DNA of 64,000 nucleotides from Aureivirga marina. Lineage in GTDB: Bacteria; Bacteroidota; Bacteroidia; Flavobacteriales; Flavobacteriaceae. Each line of letters opens with the position of its first letter. Position 1 is the first letter of the stretch. The notes under the pieces were generated by a model that was not told the origin of the DNA, searched no databases, and saw only the letters and a program-made list of their open reading frames with translations. A program made the position numbers and the translations under genes. Positions 17,678 to 28,700 of the stretch are shown piece by piece. The stretch covers positions 8,307 to 72,306 of the forward strand of contig NZ_JADPIB010000007.1 in NCBI RefSeq assembly GCF_015767265.1. Reading direction: 5' to 3'.

Positions 17678-20275
17678 ATGCTTAAAAAAATTGCAATTCT
17701 CTTTCTGTGTTTTTATTCTTCTTCTATGTTAGGGCAAAAAATAGAGGGAATTGTAAAAGATACAGAAGGAATTGATATTCCGTTTGCTACTGTATCGATT
17801 AAAACAGATTTAGATACAAAAAAAATTTCCGAATATGTTTTTGCAAGAAAAGGAAAGTTTTCGTTTCAATTAAAAAAAGAATATTCTAAAATTATTATAG
17901 AAGTAAAAGCAAATAAATATATTTTGGCTTATGAAATACTTGATAATTTAGAAAAAGATAAAACTTATTCTTTTGATTTTTACCTACAAAAAGAAGAAGT
18001 TAATGAATTAGAGGAAATAACTATAAAAGCAAACAAACGTTTTTTTGAAGAAAAGGGAGATACAGCTGTTTTTGATGCTAGCAAATATGTAAAAGAAGGT
18101 GATAAGAAGGTACAGGATTTACTGAAAAATATTCCTGGAATTGATGTTAATGAAAAAACTGGACGTATCAAATATAAAGGAAAATCTATTGAAACGATTA
18201 TGCTAGATGGAGATGACCTTTTCGGAAGTAATTATACGTTAGGTTCTAAAAATATAAATATAGGAATAGTTGAAAAAATAGAAGCAATTGAAAATTATTC
18301 TGAAAACCATCTTTTAAAAGGAATAGAACATAGTGAAAAAGTAGCTATCAATTTAAAATTGAAAGAAGGAAAAATAGATTTGTCAGGAAGTGCAGATTTT
18401 GGTGGAGGTATTGATGCTGATGGTAAAATTTTAAAAAATGTTTATGCGACGGTATTAGGAATTGCTAAAAAACATAAATCTTTTGGAGTTTTATCATATA
18501 ATAATATGGGAATTAATCATTCTCCATTTGATTTTTCTAGTTCTAACTTTAATATAGAAGCTAGCAAAGAAAATGAATTATATGCACCAAAATTACTTTC
18601 AGATAGAATTTTGGTTGATGATCGTTCCAATAATAATGATATGTATTTTGGAAATATAAGTAGCTTGTGGAAATTGAATTCTAAATGGAATATAAAATTA
18701 AATCTTTATTACATAAAAGATAAAATTAGAGCAAATAGTTTCTCTAAAATGGAAAATCAAATTGAAGAAACTTATTTTGTTACTTCAGATGCTGTTTCTG
18801 AGATTAACAAACCAACTTTATATCGAAGTGATTTAGAAATGAAATATCATACATCTAGTTCTTCATTGTTAGAATATAAAGGTAAAATATTTCAGAAAAA
18901 TAGAGATGCTTTACGTACTATTGTTACTAATTCTAGTACAAATTATCATAGTAATATTAATACAGAAGAAATCTTTTTTAAGCAAAATTTAATTTATACT
19001 CAAAAATTATCAAATAGTTCTGTTTTACAATTTATAGCAAATTATAGTAAAGACAATGCTCCACAAGAAATGAAGTTAGAAGAGATTAATTTATTTGAAT
19101 CTTATCTTAATCAAAAAAGTAATTTCGAAAAAGAAGTAGTTTCTATTGATATGAAATTATTTGGAAAAATAAATAAAACAAAATATTCTTTAAATGTGGG
19201 TTATAAAAACCTAGAATTACCTTTTATTTCTTCTAATAACGAATTTGATTATAATAATGATTTATATTTTCAGAAAATCATTTATCAAAATGGGTTTATA
19301 AAATATAGCTATAAATCATGGTCTTTTATTCCTTCGTATAAATTGAATATTTTACAACAAAAACTAAATGATTCTGTAGAAAATAATTGGATTTTAAATC
19401 CAAGTTTAACTATTCAATATCATTTTACAAAAAATTCAAAATTAATTGGGAATATAAATGAAAATAAAAGACCTATTTCAGAAGATTATATTTATAGAAA
19501 TTCTGTAATAACTAATAATCGAAACGAAATTCGTAATACTCCAAGTTTAAAATTGCAAAGAAATAGAAGTGCAAGTTTAGGATATATGTATTATAATCTT
19601 TTAAAAAATATTAAATTTAATTCAAGATTATCCTATAGAGAATCTAAAGGAAATTTCTTTTCTAGATATGAAATTACACCAACAGAGACTTGGATTCAAA
19701 ATTTCTTTTTAGGTGAAAATACAGAAGAATTTGGAATAAATCTTTTTGGTGAAAAATTATTTTATGATATTAGTTTAGTTATTAGTCTGAATTCCAATTA
19801 TACCAAATCTAATTATAAGAATATTGTAAATAATTCTGATTTGAGATTAAATATTTCTGATACATTTCAAAATACTGTAAAAATAAGTTCAGCTTATGAT
19901 TTTCCTATTAATTTTGAAACTGAATTTTCACATAATTATTCAAAAACTAAAACAGAAAATGGCGATAGGATTATTAATGAAAGATTTGAAAATAGTACCA
20001 ATTTAAAAATTAAAATATCAGAAACAATTTCATCTAATTTTATTACAACATATTTGTTGCCAAATTTAAATGATACATCACATGATTATATATTCTCTGA
20101 TTTTAATTTGAACTATAGACCTAAAAAAAGCAAGCTAGAATTAGGTGTTTATTTGAAAAATATTTTAAATGAAGATAAGTTTAGACAAATTACTGTAAAC
20201 GATTATTCAAAGTCTTCCTATGAATTAGATTTGCTACCAAGACGTTTTATAATAGGTTTGAGTTATACTTTTTAA
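17678..20275 (+). CDS. TonB-dependent-receptor-like outer-membrane beta-barrel with an N-terminal CarbopepD_reg-like domain
   Basis: Signal peptide, QKIEGIVKDTEGIDIPFATVSIK, a plug-like region (DLLKNIPGIDVNEKTGRIKYKGK) and a Tyr/Asn-rich barrel ending in GLSYTF. Confidence 0.7.
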   Translation: MLKKIAILFLCFYSSSMLGQKIEGIVKDTEGIDIPFATVSIKTDLDTKKISEYVFARKGKFSFQLKKEYSKIIIEVKANKYILAYEILDNLEKDKTYSFDFYLQKEEVNELEEITIKANKRFFEEKGDTAVFDASKYVKEGDKKVQDLLKNIPGIDVNEKTGRIKYKGKSIETIMLDGDDLFGSNYTLGSKNINIGIVEKIEAIENYSENHLLKGIEHSEKVAINLKLKEGKIDLSGSADFGGGIDADGKILKNVYATVLGIAKKHKSFGVLSYNNMGINHSPFDFSSSNFNIEASKENELYAPKLLSDRILVDDRSNNNDMYFGNISSLWKLNSKWNIKLNLYYIKDKIRANSFSKMENQIEETYFVTSDAVSEINKPTLYRSDLEMKYHTSSSSLLEYKGKIFQKNRDALRTIVTNSSTNYHSNINTEEIFFKQNLIYTQKLSNSSVLQFIANYSKDNAPQEMKLEEINLFESYLNQKSNFEKEVVSIDMKLFGKINKTKYSLNVGYKNLELPFISSNNEFDYNNDLYFQKIIYQNGFIKYSYKSWSFIPSYKLNILQQKLNDSVENNWILNPSLTIQYHFTKNSKLIGNINENKRPISEDYIYRNSVITNNRNEIRNTPSLKLQRNRSASLGYMYYNLLKNIKFNSRLSYRESKGNFFSRYEITPTETWIQNFFLGENTEEFGINLFGEKLFYDISLVISLNSNYTKSNYKNIVNNSDLRLNISDTFQNTVKISSAYDFPINFETEFSHNYSKTKTENGDRIINERFENSTNLKIKISETISSNFITTYLLPNLNDTSHDYIFSDFNLNYRPKKSKLELGVYLKNILNEDKFRQITVNDYSKSSYELDLLPRRFIIGLSYTF

Positions 20276-20366
20276 AAATAATCTTGATTTCAATTTAACT
20301 CTTTTTTTAATCAAAAACCTAAAAGCATTTTCCCTAACTTCGTAAGTTGATATTAAATTAAAGAAA

Positions 20367-20858
20367 ATGACTGCACAATATTTTATAGATAAATTTGAGA
20401 TGCTTCCACATCCAGAAGGTGGTTTTTATAAAGAAGTTTATAGAAGTGAAGGAACAATTCCAAAAGAAGTTCTAGGAGAAGAATTTAGTGGAGATAGAAA
20501 TTATGCAACAGGAATCTACTATTTGCTTAAATCTGAAAATTTTTCTGCTTTTCATAAAATAAATCAAGATGAAACTTGGCATTATTATGCTGGTTCACCT
20601 GTGATTGTTCATACAATTGATAAAGAAGGAAATTATTCGCAACAAGAAGTAGGATTAGAAGGTGATGGAATTCCACAATATGTTGTTCCTGCTGGCGTTT
20701 GGTTTGCAGCTACAGTGAAAAATAAAGAAGATTTTTCATTTGTTGGTTGTACTGTTGCTCCAGGTTTTGATTTTGATGATTTCCAATTAGCAGAGCGTGA
20801 AAAATTAATTTCAGAATATCCAAAATTGAATCAAATTATAACAAAGTTGACAAGATAA
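20367..20858 (+). CDS. Cupin-fold protein (DUF985 family)
   Basis: LPHPEGGFYKEVYRS ... FHKINQDETWHYYAG is the DUF985 cupin core. Confidence 0.65.
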   Translation: MTAQYFIDKFEMLPHPEGGFYKEVYRSEGTIPKEVLGEEFSGDRNYATGIYYLLKSENFSAFHKINQDETWHYYAGSPVIVHTIDKEGNYSQQEVGLEGDGIPQYVVPAGVWFAATVKNKEDFSFVGCTVAPGFDFDDFQLAEREKLISEYPKLNQIITKLTR

Positions 20859-20865
20859 ATTCCGA

Positions 20866-20898
20866 AAGCTGCATTTTTTATGTAGCTTTTTTGTTTTT
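20866..20898 (+). terminator. Rho-independent terminator
   Basis: AAAGCTGCA and TGTAGCTTT form a stem with one mismatch, followed by TTTTTGTTTTT. Confidence 0.5.
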
Positions 20899-21123
20899 AA
20901 ATGTTTAAAAATTAAGGTTTTACTTTTTTTGAAAGAAGATAATTTTATTTAATAAACAATATTTTTAGAATTGAATTGTTTAAAAATAAAAAACGTTTTA
21001 AAAAAACATCGAAATACAATCAAATTTTAAAAAATTGCTAACAGTCATTTGTTTTTAAGCAGAAAAAAAATTTAATAAAAAAAAATCCGTAATTTCGCAA
21101 ATCAATTGAATAGTAGCATAAAA

Positions 21124-24100
21124 ATGAGTGCAAAGTATAAAGAATATAAAGGACTAAACCTAGTACAAGCTGCTGAGGAAGTAGCAGATTTTTGGAAAAC
21201 TAATAATATTTTCGAAAAAAGTATTACGTCTCGTGAAGATAACGAACCATTTGTGTTTTTTGAAGGACCACCTTCAGCAAACGGTTTGCCTGGAATTCAC
21301 CACGTAATGGCACGTACGATTAAGGATATATTTTGCCGCTATAAAACATTGAAAGGATATCAAGTAAAGCGTAAAGCAGGTTGGGATACACATGGTCTTC
21401 CAGTTGAACTTGGTGTAGAGAAAGAATTACAGATTACAAAAGAAGATATCGGAACGAAGATTTCTGTAGAAGAATATAACGATGCTTGTAGAAAAGCAGT
21501 AATGCGTTATACAGATGTATGGAATAATCTTACGGAAAGAATTGGTTATTGGGTAGATATGGAAGATCCATATGTTACTTACAAACCAAAATATATGGAG
21601 ACAGTTTGGTGGCTTTTAGCACAATTGTATAAAAAAGATTTAATCTATAAAGGTTATACAATTCAACCATATTCTCCAAAAGCTGGAACAGGTTTAAGTT
21701 CTCATGAATTAAACCAACCAGGATGTTATAAAGATGTAACAGATACTACAATCGTAGCTCAGTTTAAAGCTGTAAAAGAAACATTACCTGAAATCTTTGC
21801 AGATATTGATGGTGATGTACATTTCTTAGCTTGGACGACAACTCCTTGGACACTTCCTTCAAATACTGCTTTAACAGTTGGGAAGAAAATTGATTATGTT
21901 TTAGTAAAATCATTTAACCAATATACAGGGAAAGAAATCAATGTAATTTTAGCTAAAAACTTAGTTGGAAAGCAATTTGGTAAGAAATTCTTCGTAGTGG
22001 AAGATGTTGCTGAATTAGCTAATTTTAATAAAGGAGATAATAAAATTCCTTATTTCATTGCAAAAGAATTCAAAGGAGCAGATGTTTTAGGTGTGAAATA
22101 TGAGCAATTATTACCTTATGCACAACCTTACGAAAATGCAGACAAAGCATTTGTTGTAATTCCTGGAGATTTCGTAACAACGGAAGATGGAACAGGAATT
22201 GTACATACAGCTCCAACTTTTGGACAAGATGATGCACAAGTAGCGAAAGATGCTGGAGTTCCTGCATTATTAGTTTTAGATGCACATGAAAATCCAGTTC
22301 CATTAGTAGATTTACAAGGAAGATTTACAGAGCACATGGGACCTTACGCTGGGAAGTATGTAAAGAATGAGTATTATAACACAAATGAAGTTCCTGAAAA
22401 ATCTGTAGATGTTGAAATTGCTATTCAATTAAAAGAAGAAAATAAAGCATTTCATGTTGAGAAATATAAACACAGTTACCCACATTGTTGGAGAACTGAT
22501 AAACCAGTTTTATATTATCCATTAGATTCTTGGTTCATTAAAGTAACAGAAACGAAAGATCGTATGTTTGATTTAAATGAAACAATTAACTGGAAACCAA
22601 AATCAACAGGAGAAGGACGTTTTGGAAACTGGTTAAAGAATGCAAACGACTGGAATTTATCACGTTCTCGTTATTGGGGAATTCCTCTTCCAATTTGGAG
22701 AACAGAAGATGGAGCAGAAGCAATAATTATTGAATCTGTTGCAGAATTAAAAGTAGAAATCGAAAAATCAGTTGCAGCTGGTTTTATGGATACAAATGTT
22801 TTCGCAGATTTTGAAATCGGAAACATGAGTGACGAAAACTATGCAAATGTTGATTTACATAAAAATATCGTAGACGAAATTATTTTAGTTTCTTCTTCAG
22901 GAAAACCAATGAAGAGAGAAGCAGACTTAATTGACGTTTGGTTTGATTCTGGATCTATGCCTTATGCACAATGGCATTATCCTTTTGAAAACAAAGAATT
23001 AATTGATAATAGAGAATCTTTCCCTGCTGATTTTATCGCAGAAGGAGTGGATCAAACAAGAGGTTGGTTTTATACGTTACATGCAATCGGAACAATGGTT
23101 TTTGATTCTGTAGCTTATAAAAATGTAGTCTCTAATGGTTTAGTTTTAGATAAAAGTGGTCAAAAGATGTCTAAGAGTAAAGGAAATGCTGTAGATGCTT
23201 TTGAAACTTTAGATAAATATGGACCAGATGCTACAAGATGGTATATGATTTCAAATGCAAATCCATGGGATAACTTAAAATTTGATGTAGATGGAATTGA
23301 TGAGGTTCGTCGTAAGTTCTTTGGAACTTTATACAACACGTATTCATTCTTTAGTTTATACGCAAATTTAGATGGATTTACTTATGCTGAGGATGATGTG
23401 CCAACAGCAGAAAGACCAGAAATTGATCGTTGGATTCTTTCTGAGTTGCATACATTAATTCAAGACGTGGATAAGTTCTACAAAGAATATGAGCCGACAA
23501 AAGCAACAAGAGCAATTCAAGATTTCGTAACAGAAAACTTAAGTAACTGGTTTGTACGTTTAAGTAGAAGAAGATTCTGGAAAGGTGAATATGGAACAGA
23601 TAAAATTTCAGCATACCAAACATTATATAAATGTATGGTAACTGTTGCTAAATTAGCTTCCCCAGTTTCTCCATTTTTTACAGATAGACTTTACAAAGAC
23701 TTAACAAGTGTAACAGGAAAAGATAACGTTGAATCTGTACATTTGGCTAAGTTCCCAGAGTTTGATGCATCTATGGTGGATAAAGCTTTAGAAAGAAAAA
23801 TGCAGAAAGCTCAGAAAATATCTTCTATGGTATTGTCGTTACGTAAAAAAGAAAACTTAAAAGTACGTCAGCCACTTCAAAAGATTATGATTCCAATTTT
23901 GGAAGCAAATGATAAAGAAGATATTTTGGCAATTCAAGATTTAGTTCTTTCCGAAGTTAATGTGAAAGAAATTGAACTTTTAGAAGATGCATCAGGAATC
24001 TTAGTGAAAAATATTAAACCAAATTTTAAAGTATTAGGACCTAAATTTGGGAAAAATATGAAGTTAATTTCTGCTGAAATTAATAAGCTTTCACAAGAGG

Positions 24101-24525
24101 ATATCGCTGAAATCGAGAAAAAAGGAAGTATTTCTATCAGTATTAACGAAGAATTAGTATCTTTAAGTAAGGATGATGTTGAAATTAGCTCTCAAGATAT
24201 TGAAGGTTGGCTAGTTGCAAGTCATAATAATATTACTGTTGCTTTAGATATTACGATTACAGAGACTCTGAAAAATGAAGGAATCGCAAGAGAGTTAGTA
24301 AATAGAATTCAGAATTTACGTAAGGATTCAGGTTTAGAAGTAACTGATAAAGTGGCATTAACGATTAAGGAAAACGAAATGTTAACACCAGCAATTTCTG
24401 AAAACGAAGAATATATCAAAACAGAAACGCAAACAGTTTCAATAAACTATAGTGGTGGAGTTGGAAATGGTATTGCTGTTGAATTTGATGAAATTCAGAC
24501 AGAAATCGCTATTCAAAAAATTTAA
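21124..24525 (+). CDS. ileS: Isoleucyl-tRNA synthetase, type 2 (eukaryote/Bacteroidota-like)
   Basis: HIGH motif (PPSANGLPGIHH), KMSKS motif (KMSKSKGN), and editing and anticodon-binding domains. About 1133 aa from the ATG at 21124; the TTG at 21106 is rejected. Confidence 0.95.
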   Translation: MSAKYKEYKGLNLVQAAEEVADFWKTNNIFEKSITSREDNEPFVFFEGPPSANGLPGIHHVMARTIKDIFCRYKTLKGYQVKRKAGWDTHGLPVELGVEKELQITKEDIGTKISVEEYNDACRKAVMRYTDVWNNLTERIGYWVDMEDPYVTYKPKYMETVWWLLAQLYKKDLIYKGYTIQPYSPKAGTGLSSHELNQPGCYKDVTDTTIVAQFKAVKETLPEIFADIDGDVHFLAWTTTPWTLPSNTALTVGKKIDYVLVKSFNQYTGKEINVILAKNLVGKQFGKKFFVVEDVAELANFNKGDNKIPYFIAKEFKGADVLGVKYEQLLPYAQPYENADKAFVVIPGDFVTTEDGTGIVHTAPTFGQDDAQVAKDAGVPALLVLDAHENPVPLVDLQGRFTEHMGPYAGKYVKNEYYNTNEVPEKSVDVEIAIQLKEENKAFHVEKYKHSYPHCWRTDKPVLYYPLDSWFIKVTETKDRMFDLNETINWKPKSTGEGRFGNWLKNANDWNLSRSRYWGIPLPIWRTEDGAEAIIIESVAELKVEIEKSVAAGFMDTNVFADFEIGNMSDENYANVDLHKNIVDEIILVSSSGKPMKREADLIDVWFDSGSMPYAQWHYPFENKELIDNRESFPADFIAEGVDQTRGWFYTLHAIGTMVFDSVAYKNVVSNGLVLDKSGQKMSKSKGNAVDAFETLDKYGPDATRWYMISNANPWDNLKFDVDGIDEVRRKFFGTLYNTYSFFSLYANLDGFTYAEDDVPTAERPEIDRWILSELHTLIQDVDKFYKEYEPTKATRAIQDFVTENLSNWFVRLSRRRFWKGEYGTDKISAYQTLYKCMVTVAKLASPVSPFFTDRLYKDLTSVTGKDNVESVHLAKFPEFDASMVDKALERKMQKAQKISSMVLSLRKKENLKVRQPLQKIMIPILEANDKEDILAIQDLVLSEVNVKEIELLEDASGILVKNIKPNFKVLGPKFGKNMKLISAEINKLSQEDIAEIEKKGSISISINEELVSLSKDDVEISSQDIEGWLVASHNNITVALDITITETLKNEGIARELVNRIQNLRKDSGLEVTDKVALTIKENEMLTPAISENEEYIKTETQTVSINYSGGVGNGIAVEFDEIQTEIAIQKI

Positions 24526-24529
24526 GGTT

Positions 24530-24916
24530 ATGATAAACGATGGAACAACAGAAAGATATTCTGATGAATCACTAGAAGAATTTAAAGAAATAATCCTAGA
24601 GAAGATTAAAAATGCTGAAGAGGATTTACGTCTGTTAGAGTCTGTTTTTAAAAATGGTACAAGTAATAAAACGGATGATACTTCTCCTCAGTTTAAAGCT
24701 TTCGAAGAAGGATCTGAAACAATGTCTAAAGAAGCGAATGTGCAATTAGCAATTCGTCAGCAGAAGTTCATCAGAGACTTAAAAAATGCTTTAATCCGTA
24801 TTGAAAATAAAACATACGGAATTTGTAGAGTGACAGGAAAATTAATCAATAAAGAAAGATTAAAATTAGTTCCACACGCTACTTTAAGTATCGAAGCTAA
24901 AAAAATGCAATATTAA
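24530..24916 (+). CDS. DksA/TraR-family regulator, a zinc-finger-less variant
   Basis: The conserved position is immediately after ileS. The C-terminus CRVTGKLINKERLKLVPHATLSIEAK keeps only 1 of the 4 Cys expected in the C4 finger. The ORF-track extension to 24452 overlaps ileS and is rejected. Confidence 0.65.
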   Translation: MINDGTTERYSDESLEEFKEIILEKIKNAEEDLRLLESVFKNGTSNKTDDTSPQFKAFEEGSETMSKEANVQLAIRQQKFIRDLKNALIRIENKTYGICRVTGKLINKERLKLVPHATLSIEAKKMQY

Positions 24917-24934
24917 TTTTTTTAAAATATAAAG

Positions 24935-24968
24935 AAAGAGCTTTCTTCATACAGAAAGCTCTTTTTTT
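24935..24968 (+). terminator. Rho-independent terminator
   Basis: Perfect stem AAAGAGCTTTCT/AGAAAGCTCTTT followed by TTTTTTAT. Confidence 0.7.
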
Positions 24969-25063
24969 ATGTGTATTCATATCATTATCTTTGTGAATAC
25001 AACTTAAAAAATATTTGAAAATAGGATAAATAAGATAAAATCCTATTTTTGTAAAAACTTAAA

Positions 25064-25666
25064 TTGAGACAATTGAAAAAAGCAGTATTTATAATTATTC
25101 TAGTTTTATTAATTGATCAGATTAGTAAAATTTGGATAAAGACACATTTTGTGTTAGGGCAAGAAATTAAAGTGTTTGATTGGTTCCGAATTCATTTTGT
25201 AGAAAATAATGGAATGGCTTGGGGAACTGAATTTGGTGGAAAAGGTGGAAAATTATTCTTGACATTGTTTCGATTAGTTGCAATAACAGGAATCGGATAT
25301 TGGCTTTATAATTCTATCAAAACAAAAGCAACCCCGTTATTAATTGTTGCTGTTTCTCTAATTTTTGCTGGAGCTTTAGGTAATATTATTGATTCTGTTT
25401 TTTATGGAATTATTTTCGATGATAGTTACGGTCATGTAGCAACATTATTTTCTGAAAAACCTTATGGTACTATATTTCATGGAAAAGTTGTAGATATGCT
25501 TTATTTTCCAATCTGGAAAGGAGATTTGCCAAGTTGGATTCCAGGTGTAGGAGGTAAGCCATTTACTTTTTTTAATGCAATTTTTAATGTCGCTGATACT
25601 GCAATTAGTATTGGTGTTGGAATTTTAATTGTTTTTAGTAAAAAAGTATTTCCAAAACATAAATAA
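25064..25666 (+). CDS. lspA: Lipoprotein signal peptidase (signal peptidase II)
   Basis: FVENNGMAWG and FNVADTAISIGV are LspA signature boxes, and the gene sits in the conserved ileS-traR-lspA synteny. Confidence 0.85.
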   Translation: MRQLKKAVFIIILVLLIDQISKIWIKTHFVLGQEIKVFDWFRIHFVENNGMAWGTEFGGKGGKLFLTLFRLVAITGIGYWLYNSIKTKATPLLIVAVSLIFAGALGNIIDSVFYGIIFDDSYGHVATLFSEKPYGTIFHGKVVDMLYFPIWKGDLPSWIPGVGGKPFTFFNAIFNVADTAISIGVGILIVFSKKVFPKHK

Positions 25667-25687
25667 GAATAAATTAATTTATAAATG

Positions 25688-25724
25688 AAAAGTCCTTTAA
25701 GTAAAACTTAAAGGACTTTTTTAT
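25688..25724. terminator. Bidirectional terminator between convergent lspA and the giant ATPase gene
   Basis: Perfect 13-bp stem AAAGTCCTTTAAG/CTTAAAGGACTTT with an A-run on one side and a T-run on the other. Confidence 0.7.
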
Positions 25725-25726
25725 TT

Positions 25727-28700
25727 TTAATTCAAAGAAATTCTATCCACTTGAGCCATTTTCTGTAAACTTTCTGAAATTGCTTCCATTTGTTCTAAAA
25801 TTTGTCCCATTTGATTTCCTCCAACTAAGTTTAATTTTTGTTTTTTCAAGAAAGTTTCTTTGATGGAATTCCATCTATCTTTTTCTTCTTCAGATAAAAG
25901 TCCAATCATTTCTCTAAATTTCAAAATGTTCGCTTCTGCTCCTGAAGTTAAAGTCTGAGATTCTCTCTCATAATGCGAAATAATTAATGTTTTAAGTTCT
26001 TTATCGTTCATTACAGGAACAATTTTCTCTGCCATTTTATTCATATCACGATACGAACCTTGCAATTTAAACATTGGCTCTGTTCTATATTCTTCCGAAA
26101 TTCCTGCTGATTGAATATAAGCTTGATTTACTTTTAAAACCACATCTCGAACTTCAATTAACTTTTTGAATACAGAAATATATTCTTTGATTTCTATTGC
26201 CGAATGATTTGCTTCAAACTCTACATTTTCTCTCTGATTTGTTTCTGCAATTTTTAAAATGGTCAGAATATCTTTTTGACTTTTATTCGCCAATTTTGAA
26301 AGCGTTGGATTCGAAGTAATACTATTTTCTATATAAGACAATTCAAATTCATAAGCCGAATCTCCAAGAATATCTCCAAGATTATAAATATCTGCACGGT
26401 TTGCAAGCATGTCTGGAATCTGGAATTTCTCTCCACTTTCTGTATATGGATTTCCTGCCATTATCACACAAACTTTCTTTCCTCGGAAATCATAGGTTTT
26501 AGGTTTTCCTTTATAAACTCCTTCAATTTTACGCTGTCCATCACAAAGCGAAATAAACTTTTGTAAAAACTCTGGATTACAATGCTGAATGTCGTCTAAA
26601 TAAATCATTACATTGTCCCCCATTTCAAAAGCCAAATTCAACTTTTCTAATTCTTGTTTTGCTCCAGCATTTGTTGCTTCAGACGGATCTACAGAAGTAA
26701 TATCATGTCCTAAAGCAGGCCCGTTTATTTTCATAAAAATCAAACCAAGTCTGTTTGCAACATATTCCATCAACGTTGTTTTTCCATATCCTGGAGGAGA
26801 AATTAATAATAAAAGTCCCATCAAATCGGTTCTTTTATTTTCTCCAGCAGTTCCGATTTGTTTCGCTAAGTTCGCTCCAATAATTTGCAGATAAACTTTA
26901 TCAATCAATTGATTTCTCACAAAAGAAGAAAGAACTCTCGGCTTAAACTCTCCAAGTCGCATCGTTTCTGAAGTTTCTTCTAATAATTCGTGTTTTAAAG
27001 AAGTAAATTTCTCATACGTTGGAACTACAGTTTCACTATATTTTTCCAATTTATTCTGGAAATCATGAATGTTTAATTGGTATTTTCCATCTTCAATAAT
27101 TTCATGTGTTCCAGTCAAATTTTCTAAAGTTTCTTCTGTAATTACTTTATGCACATTTTTCTTCACATCCGATTGTAAAATGATTAATAAAGCTGCTTCT
27201 TCTACATTTTTGATATATGAACTTTTCGAATTTTGCATAAACGCTTTTAACCAAGTCTGAATTGTCTGAAAACGAATGCTCATATCTTCGATTTCTTCCA
27301 TCGATTTTTCAAAAGCATTTTTCATCTTTTTTCCTCGTAATTCAATATCAAAAGAATGTACTAAATCCGCAGCGTTTGCATCAATCACAAAGTTTTCATT
27401 AAATGCTAATTCATCAAAAAGATAATCACAAGCTTGTTCTACAGAAGTATTCCAAGTGATGTTTTCAGATTCAAAGCAAATTTCTAAACGATTTTGCATT
27501 TGGTTTTTTATTGCTTCAAATTCTTTTGTATTTGGAAAAACTTTTAATAAAATTCCTGCTGCTTTTAGTTGTTGTTCTAAAATTTTCTTTGCTTCTTCCT
27601 TTTCCCAAATTTCCCAATAAAATCTAGCAAAAGCACGAGTTGTTGCATCATGTTTTAGCATTCCAACATGTGAATACATTTGAATTAAATTGTGTAAAAT
27701 CAACAAAGTATCTTGATCATGAACTCCTTTCACATAACCTTCAGAATATTTGGAAGCACTGAATTTTTGGATAACTTTCAATAAATCTTTCGAATCTAAA
27801 GTTGAAATATCATCCCAAGTGATAATTGCTTTTGTAGTATTATCAATTAATTCTTTTCTCTTTACAGCTTCTAAAATCTGATAAGCCAAATATTCCGAAC
27901 GATATACATTTCTATTTTCTGAAGGTAAAATCTGATTCCAAACTGGCCGATATTCATTAAAAGTTTTATCTACAACTTCTTCAAAATAATCAGTTCCTGT
28001 CAAATGATAATACATTTTATCATTTTTGAACACCATAGTTAAATCTAAATTCTGTGTGTTTACAGAGAATTTATAATTTCCAAACTGAATAATGTTTTTC
28101 CCATCAACAAAAAGTTCTGACTTATCTTTTAGCTGACGAATTGCTTCTTCTTTTAAAGATTTCAGCTTACTTTGAATATCATCAGCTTTTACAGAATCTC
28201 CAATATTTTCAAGTTCTTCAATCGTTTTTCGGATTTTCTCCACCATCAAATCGGAAGCAATATATCCGTTGATTTCCGAAACTTCTTTAAATCGAGATAA
28301 TCTACTTTTTACAGATTTTAAAATTCTTTCTGCAGTTTGTTGTAAAGTCGTTGCTCTTTTATTTCTAGCTTCTACTAAAGCAACTTTTTTCGATTCAAAA
28401 GCGTTGTATAATTCTTCTCTTTTTAAAGATATTTTTTCAACAAAAGAATCAAATTCAGAAAATTTCCCTTCCAATTCTTCTAGTTGTACCATCAATTTTG
28501 TAAGATATTCCTCACATTTTTCTGGTGTATCACATAAATCGATGTAGTTTACAACTCCTTGATCAACTAATTTGATTTGCGCATTAAATTCTGCTTTTCC
28601 TTCTTCTCCTAATAAACTTTTACGTTTTCTTTTTAAACTCGCTTTTATTTGGTTGAAAGAAGCATAAATCTCCGAAATATTATCAATAATTCTCGTTGTT

